Assembly (NCBI GenBank): GCA_963662665.2
Contig: CAXXJS010000030.1
Coordinates: 32,001 to 96,000, forward strand
DNA from: Candidatus Latescibacterota bacterium
GTDB taxonomy: Bacteria > Latescibacterota > UBA2968 > GCA-2709665
Direction of reading: 5' to 3'
DNA length: 64,000 nucleotides
Below the pieces are notes generated by a model that did not search any database, had not been told where the DNA came from, and saw only the letters and a program-made list of their open reading frames with translations. Below, one piece after another: positions 1 through 9,695 of this stretch (the stretch's first letter is position 1; each line of letters begins with the position of its first letter). The position numbers and the translations under genes are program-made.

Positions 1-1
1 T

Positions 2-352
2 TTAACAATGAATGTGACCGATCGTCGTCGGGAGATAGGAATTCTGAAGGCAATGGGGATGGTCCCGGCGCGGATCGGCCGGATTTTTACCCTGGAGGGG
101 TTGGTGGTGGGCCTGTCCGGTATCGCGATGGGCAATCTGCTGGGGTTTGCGCTCTGCTGGATTCAGAAGCGGTTCGAAGTGATTCGCATACCGGGGGAGG
201 TCTACTACGTCAGTTCGCTGCCGGTGGAGATGCGCCCCGAAGATTTCGGCCTGGTTTCCCTGTGCGCAATTCTGATCTGCTACCTCTTCAGCCTCTTTCC
301 CTCCCGGGATGCCGCGGCGCTGGATCCGGTGGATGCGATTCGCTATGAGTGA
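2..352 (+). CDS. Lipoprotein-releasing ABC transporter permease LolC/E family, 3' part (5'-truncated by the window)
   Basis: FtsX-type C-terminal motif 'RRREIGILKAMG...IFTLEG' and ending 'AAALDPVDAIRYE'; paralog of the next ORF. Confidence 0.85.
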   Translation, partial: LTMNVTDRRREIGILKAMGMVPARIGRIFTLEGLVVGLSGIAMGNLLGFALCWIQKRFEVIRIPGEVYYVSSLPVEMRPEDFGLVSLCAILICYLFSLFPSRDAAALDPVDAIRYE

Positions 353-444
353 CCGTTGGCGCGTACCTGAATCCGGGCACAGGGTGCAGAGGCGCCTGCC
401 CGCGGTTCTTGACAATGTCGGTTGGCCGGGACGGGTGACAGGCG

Positions 445-1695
445 ATGTATGAGTTGACGATTGCACGAAGGTATCTGCGCTCGATGCGCCGCCGCAAGCG
501 GGTGTCGTTCACGGTGATGGTGGCGGTTATGGGCGTGGGTCTGGGCGTGGCGGCCCTGGTGATCGTCCTGTCGGTGTCGAACGGATTTTCGGCGCTGGTA
601 TGGGACCGGTTGCTGGGCGTGAACGCGCACGCGACGGTGAGGAAGGAAGGGCGGCAACGGATCGAGGATCCACAGGCGTTGATTGCAGCCCTGGCCGCCC
701 ATCCCCGGGTTACGGCCGTTTCCCCGTTCGTGGCTTCTGAAGGCGCCCTGTTGCACCGGCCATTTGAAGGCGAAGTATATAGCGCCGGTGTGATGGTCAG
801 GGGCGTAACGCCGGACGGATTGACGGCGGTAAGCGACCTGGCGGACTACGTCTGGGGAGGCGCTCTGGATCTGGGCGCCCAGGAAACGGGAGGCCGCGGG
901 CGGGTGTACGGGATCGTGGTCGGGCGCTATCTGGCCGATCAGTTGGGCGTAAGGGTGGGGTCGGAAGTGCATCTGTGGATCCTGCCGCATGAGGTGTTCG
1001 CCGCACAGACCCGGTTTCGCCGATACATAGTCACCGGCATATTCAGTTCGGGGAACCCCGAGTTCGATAGCGGACTGGCCTATGTTTCGCTTGCGGCGGC
1101 CAGGAGGGATCTGGGTTGGGGGAGCGAGATTACCGGAGTCCGCCTTCGGTTCGGTGATCCCTTTAGCGCGCAGGAAATCAGCACAGGCGTTGAGAAGGCG
1201 TCCAGGAGGCTGGATCCGTCGCTATCCGTACATCCCTGGATGCGGGACCACGGCAACCTGTATTTTTCTATTCATCTGGAAAAGTGGGCGAGTTTTCTGG
1301 GTCTGGGGCTGATCGTGGTGGTCGCGGGTTTCAACATCGTCAGCGTGCTTACCATGAACGTGGCCGAAAGGCGCCGGGAGATCGGCATTCTGAAGACCCT
1401 GGGGGTGCCACCGCGAAGGATCGGCCGTATATTCACATGGCAGGGGCTGGCCGTTGGGTTGTCCGGCGTGCTGCTTGGCAATCTTCTGGGCTTTGCCCTG
1501 TGCTGGGCGCAGCAACGTTACGAACTTCTGAAAATCCCCGGAGACGTGTTGATCACCCAGGCGCTGCCCGTGGAGATGCGGGCGTCTGATTTTCTGGCGA
1601 TCTCGGCTTCCGCCGCCCTGGTCTGTTATCTGTTTACGCTGTTTCCGGCCCGAGATGCCGCGGCGCTGGACCCGGTTGAGGCAATCAGGATGTAG
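445..1695 (+). CDS. Lipoprotein-releasing ABC transporter permease LolC/E family
   Basis: N-terminal 'IARRYLRS', 'GVGLGVAALVIVLSVSNGF', MacB-type periplasmic region, C-terminal 'RRREIGILKTLG' and 'AAALDPVEAIR'. Confidence 0.9.
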   Translation: MYELTIARRYLRSMRRRKRVSFTVMVAVMGVGLGVAALVIVLSVSNGFSALVWDRLLGVNAHATVRKEGRQRIEDPQALIAALAAHPRVTAVSPFVASEGALLHRPFEGEVYSAGVMVRGVTPDGLTAVSDLADYVWGGALDLGAQETGGRGRVYGIVVGRYLADQLGVRVGSEVHLWILPHEVFAAQTRFRRYIVTGIFSSGNPEFDSGLAYVSLAAARRDLGWGSEITGVRLRFGDPFSAQEISTGVEKASRRLDPSLSVHPWMRDHGNLYFSIHLEKWASFLGLGLIVVVAGFNIVSVLTMNVAERRREIGILKTLGVPPRRIGRIFTWQGLAVGLSGVLLGNLLGFALCWAQQRYELLKIPGDVLITQALPVEMRASDFLAISASAALVCYLFTLFPARDAAALDPVEAIRM

Positions 1696-1825
1696 TGCTC
1701 TGTCCCGGAAATATATCACCGTTCTTCCGCCGATTCATCCCGTCTCGCTACGTTGCCTTCGCTCGCCGACCTTGCGCAGGTCGACTCGCTCAGGCGCCTT
1801 GCCAGCCGGGCGACTCGACGGCCGT
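1693..1825. repeat. IS630-end-derived MITE/REP-like element, copy 1
   Basis: Starts TAGTGCTCTGTCCCGGAAATA, 19/21 identical to the IS630 end at 5539-5559; first ~60 bp homologous to 10734-10791; palindromic interior. Confidence 0.6.
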
Positions 1826-1883
1826 CGGTTACGGCGAGCAACCGGTTAGCTCGTCGGAGCGAAAGTGTAACCAAAAGCGCGCA

Positions 1884-2048
1884 ATGGACCCCGATCCGTT
1901 CAAATCGTATCCGCCGGGCGACCCAAGGCGGCCTCCTTCAAGGATCCTCCTGGTTCTTCTGGCCGTTGCCGTTGCGATCGTAGTCACATTGTTCGCCGGC
2001 CTCATTGTTTACTTGCGGGACGTCTGGACTGCGCAGCCGCTGGGTTAG
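1884..2048 (+). CDS. Small single-pass membrane protein (54 aa)
   Basis: ATG at 1884; Pro-rich N-terminus then one hydrophobic stretch 'ILLVLLAVAVAIVVTLFAGLIVYL'; followed by a terminator. Confidence 0.55.
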   Translation: MDPDPFKSYPPGDPRRPPSRILLVLLAVAVAIVVTLFAGLIVYLRDVWTAQPLG

Positions 2049-2072
2049 TGCCGCCGGTCCAGGCGCAACGCG

Positions 2073-2102
2073 AAAAGGCCCGGACAACCGTCCGGGCCTT
2101 TT
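2073..2102. terminator. Bidirectional rho-independent terminator
   Basis: AAAAGGCCCGGAC-AACC-GTCCGGGCCTTTT perfect hairpin with A/T tails between convergent genes. Confidence 0.85.
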
Positions 2103-2127
2103 GCATATCTCCGTCCCTGAACACCGT

Positions 2128-2865
2128 CTAATACGTAGCCCGTCCGCCGCTGACATCGTAACACTGCCCCGTTGTAAAGGTGGCTTCATCGGAGGCCAGG
2201 AAGTGTACCAGCGCGGCGACCTCGCCGGGTTTGCCCAGGCGTCCCATTGGTATTTTGGATGTCAGAAAAGCGGCCCTGTCCGGATCCAGACTCAGGGTCA
2301 TCTCGGTTTCGATGAGTGCCGGCGCGACGCAATTCACACGGATATTGTCGTCCAGCACTTCCCTGGCCAACGCCTTGGTAAAACAGATGACGCCGGCCTT
2401 CGAGACCGAGTATGCCGCCATGTTGGCGTTTCCTTCCTTGCCGGATATCGAAGCGATGGATACGATCGCGCCACGGTTTCGTTCCGCCATGTGCCCGATA
2501 ACCGCACGCGAGCAAAGAAAGACGCCCTTGAGGTTGGTGTTCACTACTCGGTCCCAGTCCGCTTCACTCAGATCCCGCACCGGCGCCTCAGGACCCACGA
2601 TGCCGGCATTGTTGACGAGGATATCAATCTGACCAAGGCGATCCAGCACGGCGGTCACCATTCGGGTGACGTCCTCACCGCAGGAGATATCCGCCTTCAG
2701 GGTAAGGTTGATGGTGGAAGGTGGGACGTTGGGCGGGTCGAGGTCCGCGATGGCGACGGTTGCGCCCGCAAACGCCAACCGGTCCGCGATGGCGGAGCCG
2801 ATGCCCCTTGCGGCGCCGGTAACGAGGGCAACGCGACCGGTAAGGTCCATAAACGTATGTGACAT
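2128..2865 (-). CDS. SDR family NAD(P)-dependent oxidoreductase (FabG-like)
   Basis: TGAARGIG, NNAG, YSVSK (YxxxK); start taken at ATG 2865. Confidence 0.9.
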   Translation of the reverse strand: MSHTFMDLTGRVALVTGAARGIGSAIADRLAFAGATVAIADLDPPNVPPSTINLTLKADISCGEDVTRMVTAVLDRLGQIDILVNNAGIVGPEAPVRDLSEADWDRVVNTNLKGVFLCSRAVIGHMAERNRGAIVSIASISGKEGNANMAAYSVSKAGVICFTKALAREVLDDNIRVNCVAPALIETEMTLSLDPDRAAFLTSKIPMGRLGKPGEVAALVHFLASDEATFTTGQCYDVSGGRATY

Positions 2866-2887
2866 GGTCGTACTTTCGATTGGAGAC

Positions 2888-3976
2888 TTACAGGAGTTTC
2901 GTGCCGTCCATGTATTCGATGAATTTCCGGTTCGCCCGTGAGAAGGCATAGTCTCCGAAACGGTCCGGCCCGACCCACCTCACGTCCGAACAGGTCTTCG
3001 CGCACGCTTCGCCGGCTCTGTATTCGCATTGAAAGGCATGCATGGTTACGCTGAAGTGGGTGAAGGCGTGCTTGACGGTTCTGAACCGGACCCGGACGGA
3101 CGCGTCGACACCGGTGGCCTCACGTACCGCGCGAATGCAGGTGTCGCTTAAGGGTTCCTCCTGAAATTGCCGGGCTGAAGGAAATTCCCAGAGCCCGGCA
3201 AGAAGGCCGTTTTCCGGCCGGCGGGCGATCAGGACACTTTCGTTACGGAAGACGATTCCCACGCCCAGCGTGTAGTGGGGACGCGGTTTCTTCGGGGCTT
3301 TGACGGGGAGTGATTCCGCGGCTCCGGCTTGTAATGCGTCGCAATGTTCGGAGATCGGACACGAAGCGCAGCGAGGCGCCCGCGGGCGGCAGACCGTTGC
3401 GCCCAGTTCCATTATCGCCTGGTTGTACTCGCCGGCGTCGCCGCTTTGCAAAAGGTCGTCGGCCAGTTTCTGAAGACTCGTCCTGGTACGTGTCTGTACG
3501 ATGTCGTCCCGGATATCGAAAAGGCGGCAGAGGACCCGGATGACGTTACCGTCGAGTACGGCGTAATCCCGGTCGTAGGCGATGCTCAGGACCGCGGCCG
3601 TGGTGTATGGGCCGAGACCGGGCAGGGATGAGAGATCGTCATAGACATCGGGTACGGCGCCATGGAAACTGTCCACGATGTACCGGGCCGTTTTGTGCAG
3701 GTTCCGGGCGCGGGTATAATATCCGAGGCCCTCCCAGGCCTTGAGAACGCGGTCACTCGGCGCGCGCGCGAGGTCCTGAAACGTGGGGAATTCCCTCAGG
3801 AAACGCGTGTAATACGGGATGACGGTATCGACCTGCGTCTGCTGAAGCATGAACTCCGAAAGGAGAACGTGGTATGGATCGGTCGTATCTCGCCAGGGGA
3901 GGTCCCGCTTTTCACGCCGGTACCAGCCGAGCAGGCCTTGTTTGATCGCGGTTCGTTTTGACGGGTTGACTTTCAT
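2888..3976 (-). CDS. mutY: A/G-specific adenine DNA glycosylase MutY
   Basis: 'RDLPWR', 'SEFMLQQTQV', HhH 'LPGLGPYT', DGNV, [4Fe-4S] CxxxxxxCxxCxxxxxC, C-terminal NUDIX-like domain. Confidence 0.95.
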   Translation of the reverse strand: MKVNPSKRTAIKQGLLGWYRREKRDLPWRDTTDPYHVLLSEFMLQQTQVDTVIPYYTRFLREFPTFQDLARAPSDRVLKAWEGLGYYTRARNLHKTARYIVDSFHGAVPDVYDDLSSLPGLGPYTTAAVLSIAYDRDYAVLDGNVIRVLCRLFDIRDDIVQTRTRTSLQKLADDLLQSGDAGEYNQAIMELGATVCRPRAPRCASCPISEHCDALQAGAAESLPVKAPKKPRPHYTLGVGIVFRNESVLIARRPENGLLAGLWEFPSARQFQEEPLSDTCIRAVREATGVDASVRVRFRTVKHAFTHFSVTMHAFQCEYRAGEACAKTCSDVRWVGPDRFGDYAFSRANRKFIEYMDGTKLL

Positions 3977-3994
3977 GATTCCAGGAGGTAAAAC

Positions 3995-4312
3995 TTACTT
4001 CGCGGCGCCTGAACGGTTATCCCTACGGCGACGTTTTTGTTCCGCGATATCACTGGCGTGCCCGGTGACGACTTCCGGCGGGCTGCTTCTGATCAGTTGC
4101 TGGAGCGCCAGCAGGAACAACAGGATATCTTCGCCATAGCCCAGATGCGGGAACAACGCCTCCGGCAGCAGATCCACCGGGGATATTCCATAGAGTATGA
4201 TGAGAATGACCAGCAGTTTGCTGTACCAGGGCACCCGCGGGTCTTTCATCAGGCGCCAGGCGAGTCTGATGTATTGAGGCAGGCGAAACAGAATGGAGAA
4301 GATGCCGCGCAT
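3995..4312 (-). CDS. YkvA/DUF1232 family membrane protein
   Basis: 'DPRVPWYSK...YGISPVDLLPE..PHLGYGED' matches the DUF1232 pattern; start could be 4333. Confidence 0.8.
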   Translation of the reverse strand: MRGIFSILFRLPQYIRLAWRLMKDPRVPWYSKLLVILIILYGISPVDLLPEALFPHLGYGEDILLFLLALQQLIRSSPPEVVTGHASDIAEQKRRRRDNRSGAAK

Positions 4313-4376
4313 GGCAGTAGCGAGCGGGGTCACGAGGACGCGATTCTGATCACTCTAATCCAATTGACGATAGTGT

Positions 4377-5465
4377 CTAGTGTCTTGTCCCATGAATTAG
4401 TTCAAAAAGTCTAGTAATCTTGTCAAGGATCGATTCTGCGGTGGCGGTCCAGACGAACGGTTGTGAGTTGGTGTTGTAATGGTTAGTGAAATCCTGAATG
4501 TTGGCGATGAGGTCTTTCACCTTCTTGAAGGTCCCGCGTCGGATGGCTTTCTGGGTAATGATACCGAACCAGATCTCGATTTGGTTGAGCCAAGACGCGT
4601 AGGTCGGTGTGTAGTGAACGTGATATCGGGGCCTGGCTGCGATCCAGCGTTTGATTTTTTCGTGTTTGTGCGTGGCGTAGTTGTCGACGACGAGATGAAT
4701 GTCAAGGTCCTTCGGGACGTTTTGGTCGATATATTTGAGGAATTGCAGGAATTCCTGGTGTCGATGTCGGGGTTTGCATTGGGCCAGCACCTTGCCGGAA
4801 GCGACCTCTAGTGCGGCGAACAAGGTCGTGGTGCCGTGCCGGATATAATTGTGGGTCACCCCTTCCACATAGCCCAACCCCAAAGGCAATATCGGCTGCG
4901 TTCGTTCCAATGCCTGGATCTGGCTCTTTTCGTCAACGCATAATACCATCGCGTTGTCGGGAGGGTTCAGATACAGGCCGACAATGTCACGTACCTTCTC
5001 GACAAAGAACGGATCATTGGACAGCTTGAAGTGTTTTTGCCGGTGCGGCTGTAGACCAAACGCTTTCCACACGCGCTGAACCGTAGACTTGGACAGTTGC
5101 GTCTGGGCCGCCAGAGAGCGGCAGGTCCAATGGGTGGCTCCCGACGGCTTGTCTTTGAGCGTTGTATAAATCAGCGCGGCGATGCGCTCATCGCTGATCG
5201 ACCGGGGCCCCCCGGGGCGCAATTCATCATAAAGCCCCATCAGACCTTGTTCTAAAAACCGACGGCGCCACTTCCCGACTGTGGCTCCCGACAGACCAAG
5301 CTGTCGTCCAATCTGCTGATTCGACAGCCCTTGATCACTCATCAGAACGATCTTCGCCCGACGTACATGACTGTGCGACATGCTTCTTGAACGGGAAATC
5401 GTTTCCAATTGTGCCCGAACCTCATCCCCAATACTCAGTGGCGCTAACGGACGTCCCCTGGCCAT
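4377..5465 (-). CDS. IS630 family transposase
   Basis: HTH N-terminus; DDE motifs 'CVDEKSQIQA', 'VVDNYATH', 'SWLNQIEIWF'; the stop codon uses the target TA. Confidence 0.95.
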   Translation of the reverse strand: MARGRPLAPLSIGDEVRAQLETISRSRSMSHSHVRRAKIVLMSDQGLSNQQIGRQLGLSGATVGKWRRRFLEQGLMGLYDELRPGGPRSISDERIAALIYTTLKDKPSGATHWTCRSLAAQTQLSKSTVQRVWKAFGLQPHRQKHFKLSNDPFFVEKVRDIVGLYLNPPDNAMVLCVDEKSQIQALERTQPILPLGLGYVEGVTHNYIRHGTTTLFAALEVASGKVLAQCKPRHRHQEFLQFLKYIDQNVPKDLDIHLVVDNYATHKHEKIKRWIAARPRYHVHYTPTYASWLNQIEIWFGIITQKAIRRGTFKKVKDLIANIQDFTNHYNTNSQPFVWTATAESILDKITRLFELIHGTRH

Positions 5466-5538
5466 AGATTCCTCCTTTCGCTATAAGAAATCTATGGCAA
5501 ATAAACTATTTTTGCAACTTATTTCTGGGACAGAACAC
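4380..5538 (-). mobile_element. IS630-family insertion sequence (complete)
   Basis: Imperfect terminal IRs GTGTCTTGTCCCATGAATTAGTT and GTGTTCTGTCCCAGAAATAAGTT, flanked by TA (4378-79, 5539-40) within CTAG. Confidence 0.92.
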
Positions 5539-5565
5539 TAGTGTTCTGTCCCAGAAATAAGTTGC
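5514..5565. repeat. 52-bp perfect palindrome (IS630 end plus inverted orphan copy)
   Basis: GCAACTTATTTCTGGGACAGAACAC-TA-GTGTTCTGTCCCAGAAATAAGTTGC. Confidence 0.9.
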
Positions 5566-6558
5566 CTAAATTCCACCGAGGAAAGATCTGACCCTTGGGT
5601 GGTTCAAAACGTCCGGATTGATGATGTGCGCAGGTTTCCGGCCCTCCATGGCGTCGGTGAGTTGCCCGAAGGTCCTGTGGTCCAGGCGTACCGCCGAAGC
5701 GTCGGTCATTCCGGCGTTGTGGTTGGTACAGATGATGCGAGGGTGGCCCTTGTGGATGGCTCGGGGGCCGTCCACGGGGTCGTCTACCACGTAGTACCAG
5801 AGTCGCTTTTCGACAATGGCGCGGTTGACGGCGACGTCGTCAACGAGGGTGCCCCGGGAGGGGTTGATAAGGGAGGCATGGGGCTGCATGGCGCACAGGA
5901 GTTCGTACGTGACGATGGTGTCGGCTCCGGAAACGTGCAGCGAGACGGTGTCGCATTCCCTGAACAGGTCTATGGGATCGCCGACAGGCTCCGCCCCGAA
6001 CCGGGACGCCAGTTCGGCAATGTCCGGCCGCACGTCGTATACGAGCAGGCGCCCTCTTTCACCCAGAAGGGGCTTTGCGCGTTCGGCGACGGCCTGACCG
6101 ATGCGGCCGAATCCGAAAAGGCCCAGCGTGGTTTCGGCGGCTTCGTACGTTCTGATGAGAGAAAAGTCACCGCTGTGGGAGAGTCGGTTCAGGGTGTAGA
6201 CTCTTTTCAGCGTTGCCATCCACTGGGCAATGGCGTATTCGGCTACCGTGACCAGGTGCTCCGGGGAAATGGTTACGATAACCCCGTGTCGCGTGGCGAT
6301 CTCCAGATTGACCTTTTCGTAGCCCACACCCCAGCGCGAAATGATGCGCAGGTCCGCTGCGGTCTCGTAGAAACCCTCGTGAATGAGCGCGGAACTCGCG
6401 ATAACGCCAACCACGCCATCGGCATCGTTTTCCGTAAGTTCGCCAGTGTAGTATTCCACACTGGCATAGTTGGCCAGACCCGCCAGGTGGTTCTGTCGGC
6501 TTTCCGAGTCGAATTCGGGGTTCTGCATGTTGGCTGACAGCAGGAATCTTCGTGACAT
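5566..6558 (-). CDS. D-isomer-specific 2-hydroxyacid dehydrogenase
   Basis: 'RWGVGYEKV', 'VAEYA', Rossmann 'GLFGFGRIG', 'INPSRG', 'NHNAG'. Confidence 0.85.
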   Translation of the reverse strand: MSRRFLLSANMQNPEFDSESRQNHLAGLANYASVEYYTGELTENDADGVVGVIASSALIHEGFYETAADLRIISRWGVGYEKVNLEIATRHGVIVTISPEHLVTVAEYAIAQWMATLKRVYTLNRLSHSGDFSLIRTYEAAETTLGLFGFGRIGQAVAERAKPLLGERGRLLVYDVRPDIAELASRFGAEPVGDPIDLFRECDTVSLHVSGADTIVTYELLCAMQPHASLINPSRGTLVDDVAVNRAIVEKRLWYYVVDDPVDGPRAIHKGHPRIICTNHNAGMTDASAVRLDHRTFGQLTDAMEGRKPAHIINPDVLNHPRVRSFLGGI

Positions 6559-6660
6559 GCAACTCCTCGGTAATTGAAGTGAGGTGGCGCCAGCGTAATC
6601 GAATAGCCGTCGGCATCCGGTTCAGGGCCGGACCGAAGCTGGAATCACCAGGACGGAAAT

Positions 6661-8361
6661 TCAGGGGTTGTCCGGCTGCGTCTTTGCCCGGTCCGCGATT
6701 TCCTGCAGGATGTCGCGCAAGGCGCTGCGTTGCACCTTTCCAGTGGAAGTCATTGGCAGGCGGTCGGCGTTGAACGGTATGGTCCTGCACGGCGCCTCGT
6801 AGGGGCTCAGATCCGGTACGTTCCCCGCGCGTCCCGCATTCCGGATCCTTCCGGCGGCTTCTTCCTGCATATCGGGAGCCATACCGTTGCGGAAGACGAG
6901 CGCGGCGCAGACGTCCTGCCCCCAGCGTTCGTCTTTAAGGCCGGTGACGTAGGCCGCGGCAAGCTCGGGAAAGGCTTCTACCAGTGCGTTTTCTACGGCA
7001 ATTGGCGAGATGTTGACGCCGCCTTTTATGACGATTTCCTTTTTTCGGCTGTGAACGAAGTAGCAATCGCGGCCGCCAATGGCGCGCCGGAAACCGATAT
7101 CGCCCGTGTGGAACCAACCCTCCCTGAAGACTTCGTCGGTGGCGGCCTGCTGGTTGAGGTAGCCGCCCGACACAACCGGCCCGCGAACCAGGATTTCACC
7201 AGGTTCGCCAGGCGGTGGATTCCCCTCCAGGCGTATATTGTTGTTTTCGAGTTCCACACCCGCGGCGTTCCGCACGAGCGCCTCCCGGTAGTCGTCCTCG
7301 GGCAGGTCCGGCGGAACACCGGTGACTCGAAGGCTGACTTCGGTGGTGCCGTAACCCTGGATCAGGCGCACGCCGAATCGATCGTAGAACCTCAGGGCAG
7401 GGCCCGCGGGAACGGGCGCGCTGCCGATCATTATCTTTTTCAGCGCGGAGACGTCGTGTCCCGCCGCGTCAAACGCGTCGGCGTCTGCAAGCAGATCCCG
7501 CATGATCGTGGGAACAATGCTGCTGGAAGTGGCTCTCTCGTCTGCAATGACGGGCCAGAACCGCGAAGCGCTGTACCGGGAGTTGAGAATGAGCGTGCCG
7601 CCCGCCATGAATAGTGCGATCGAGAAGACGGATGAGTTGACGTGATGCAGCGGCAGAACCAGGCTGAGGCGTTCGTTTTCGTCGAAGTGCAGCCAGCGGC
7701 AAATGCCATCCGCGTTGCTTGCGATGCTCTGTCGCGTGAGCAGAACACCCTTGGGGGTACCGGTCGTTCCGGACGTATACAGAACGATCCCGGTGGCCTG
7801 TTCAGCGACAGGGTCCCCGCTCCACTCGGGTTCCAACGCCTTGGTCTCACTTGCCGCGCCCGCGAGAAGGCTGTCAGTATCCGCGGTTGGGATTTCGGGT
7901 GCGATCTTCCGCTCTGAGTCCAGGTGGTCCGGAAGGACGCAAAGCAACCGGACGCGGGAGTCTTCGAGTTTGTACCGTTTTCGTTCGGGACCGTCGCGCC
8001 TGAGATCCAGAGGGACGGCGGTCGCCCCAAGACGGAAGAGGGCCTGGGTGATCAGGAGTATTTCGGGACAATTGGGCATGGCCAGGGACACCCTGTCTCC
8101 CGGGCCGATGCCGTATTCACCTTGAAGTGTGCAGGCCAGCGCGGCCGTGAGCCGGTTCAGGTCGCCGTACGTGAGAACAGAACGCCTCTCCCGGTCCACG
8201 TCGCGAAAAACGATGGCCGCACGATCATCCCGAAGGGCGGCACGGTGTTGAAGAAGGTGAGTAAAGTTCTTCCACGGGAAGCGATAGACGTGAGAGCGTC
8301 CGTTCTTTGTACAGGTGAAAATCTGTGGATCCATAGAGATTGAACCGCGTGCCTGCGACAA
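6661..8361 (-). CDS. Class I adenylate-forming enzyme (acyl-CoA synthetase-like)
   Basis: 'YTSGTTGTPKG', 'QGYGTTE', 'WFHTGDIG', 'TSTGKVQR'; start may be ~8334. Confidence 0.9.
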   Translation of the reverse strand: MSQARGSISMDPQIFTCTKNGRSHVYRFPWKNFTHLLQHRAALRDDRAAIVFRDVDRERRSVLTYGDLNRLTAALACTLQGEYGIGPGDRVSLAMPNCPEILLITQALFRLGATAVPLDLRRDGPERKRYKLEDSRVRLLCVLPDHLDSERKIAPEIPTADTDSLLAGAASETKALEPEWSGDPVAEQATGIVLYTSGTTGTPKGVLLTRQSIASNADGICRWLHFDENERLSLVLPLHHVNSSVFSIALFMAGGTLILNSRYSASRFWPVIADERATSSSIVPTIMRDLLADADAFDAAGHDVSALKKIMIGSAPVPAGPALRFYDRFGVRLIQGYGTTEVSLRVTGVPPDLPEDDYREALVRNAAGVELENNNIRLEGNPPPGEPGEILVRGPVVSGGYLNQQAATDEVFREGWFHTGDIGFRRAIGGRDCYFVHSRKKEIVIKGGVNISPIAVENALVEAFPELAAAYVTGLKDERWGQDVCAALVFRNGMAPDMQEEAAGRIRNAGRAGNVPDLSPYEAPCRTIPFNADRLPMTSTGKVQRSALRDILQEIADRAKTQPDNP

Positions 8362-8391
8362 CGTATGAGGCGGGGAGACTCAGAACCCGCC

Positions 8392-9471
8392 TTATCCGCA
8401 TCGGGCCTTGTGGACGAGATGATGGTCCGCCAGGACGAGCGCGATCATGGATTCAACCATCGGCACCGCGCGCGGCAGAACGCAGGGATCATGGCGGCCG
8501 CGCCCCGATAACGTGGCCGGGTTACCGTGAATATCCACGGTTTCCTGAGATCTGAGGATGGTTGCGGTGGGTTTGAAGGCGGCTCGGACAACGATGTTCT
8601 CGCCATTGGAGATGCCTCCCTGAATACCTCCGGAACGGTTGGTGCGCGTCCTTATCCTTTCCCCGTCGTTGAAGAACGGGTCGTTGTGGCTGGAACCGGT
8701 TAGCGTTGTGCCGTCAAAACCGGATCCGATTTCAAATCCCTTGCAGGCTGGCAGAGAGAGAATGGCTTTGCCCAGGTCGGCTTCAAGTTTGTCGAATACG
8801 GGTTCACCGAGACCCGGCGGCACGTTGCGGGCCACCGCCTCTACGACGCCTCCTAGCGAGTCGCCGTCTTTGCGGGCCTGTTCGATCTGCTTGATCATCC
8901 GGCCCGCAATTTCGGAGTCGGGACAACGCACGATATTGGATTCGACCTGGTCCCTTGTGACGACGTCGGGGTTTACGCCGGCCGTCAGGTCGCGTACGCG
9001 CTTGACAAAGGCCAGGATCTCAACGCCAAGCGTCTGGTGCAGGATTTTGCGTGCGATCGCTCCGGCCGCCACGCGCCCGATGGTCTCACGCGCGCTCGCC
9101 CGCCCGCCGCCTTTCCAGTCGCGGATACCGTATTTAGCCTGGTAGGTGTAGTCGGCGTGGGACGGACGGTATTTGACCCGCATTTCCTCGTAGTCTCTGG
9201 ATCGGGAGTCTCTGTTCCGGACAAGCAGCGAAATGGGCGTGCCAAGGGTCTTGCTTTCGAAGATTCCGGATAGAATTTCAACGCGGTCTTCTTCTTTTCG
9301 CTGGGTGGTGATTCTGCTCTGGCCGGGTCTGCGGCGGTCCAGTTCGTTCTGGATTTCGCGCGGCGTGATATCGAGACCGGGTGGGCAGCCGTCAATAACG
9401 ACGCCCACGCCGCCGCCGTGGGATTCGCCCCAGGTGGTGATACGGAAGAGGTGGCCAAAAGTGTTGCCCAT
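8392..9471 (-). CDS. aroC: Chorismate synthase
   Basis: '[17 protein letters not shown]', 'RPSHAD', '[10 protein letters not shown]', 'GRHDPCV'. Confidence 0.97.
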   Translation of the reverse strand: MGNTFGHLFRITTWGESHGGGVGVVIDGCPPGLDITPREIQNELDRRRPGQSRITTQRKEEDRVEILSGIFESKTLGTPISLLVRNRDSRSRDYEEMRVKYRPSHADYTYQAKYGIRDWKGGGRASARETIGRVAAGAIARKILHQTLGVEILAFVKRVRDLTAGVNPDVVTRDQVESNIVRCPDSEIAGRMIKQIEQARKDGDSLGGVVEAVARNVPPGLGEPVFDKLEADLGKAILSLPACKGFEIGSGFDGTTLTGSSHNDPFFNDGERIRTRTNRSGGIQGGISNGENIVVRAAFKPTATILRSQETVDIHGNPATLSGRGRHDPCVLPRAVPMVESMIALVLADHHLVHKARCG

Positions 9472-9647
9472 GCGGCGTTCGCTCCTTGGTGTATTCGGCT
9501 GGATTTCCGTTCGCGAGGGCGCGCCCGATCCCGCCGGAAACGGCATCAATTTACCGAATCCCCAAATGCGGGTCAAGCAAAAGTCTGTGCGTGGGAACGC
9601 CATTTCCGGCCCGGCCAGCAATGGCGGAAGCCCCGATCCGCGATATC

Positions 9648-9676
9648 TTGACAGCGTCGGTATGCGGTCCTATCTT
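9648..9676 (+). promoter_or_regulatory. Putative sigma70 promoter for the creatininase-family gene
   Basis: TTGACA-17 bp-TATCTT, then GGAGG and ATG at 9696. Confidence 0.6.
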
Positions 9677-9695
9677 GTCACGGATGGAGGTTCGC

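Noticed and set aside
2-1695. Similar 3' ends of the first two ORFs, suggesting another duplication scar
   Set aside because: Tandem LolC/LolE-type paralogs are normal; the second is full length and the first is only cut by the window edge.
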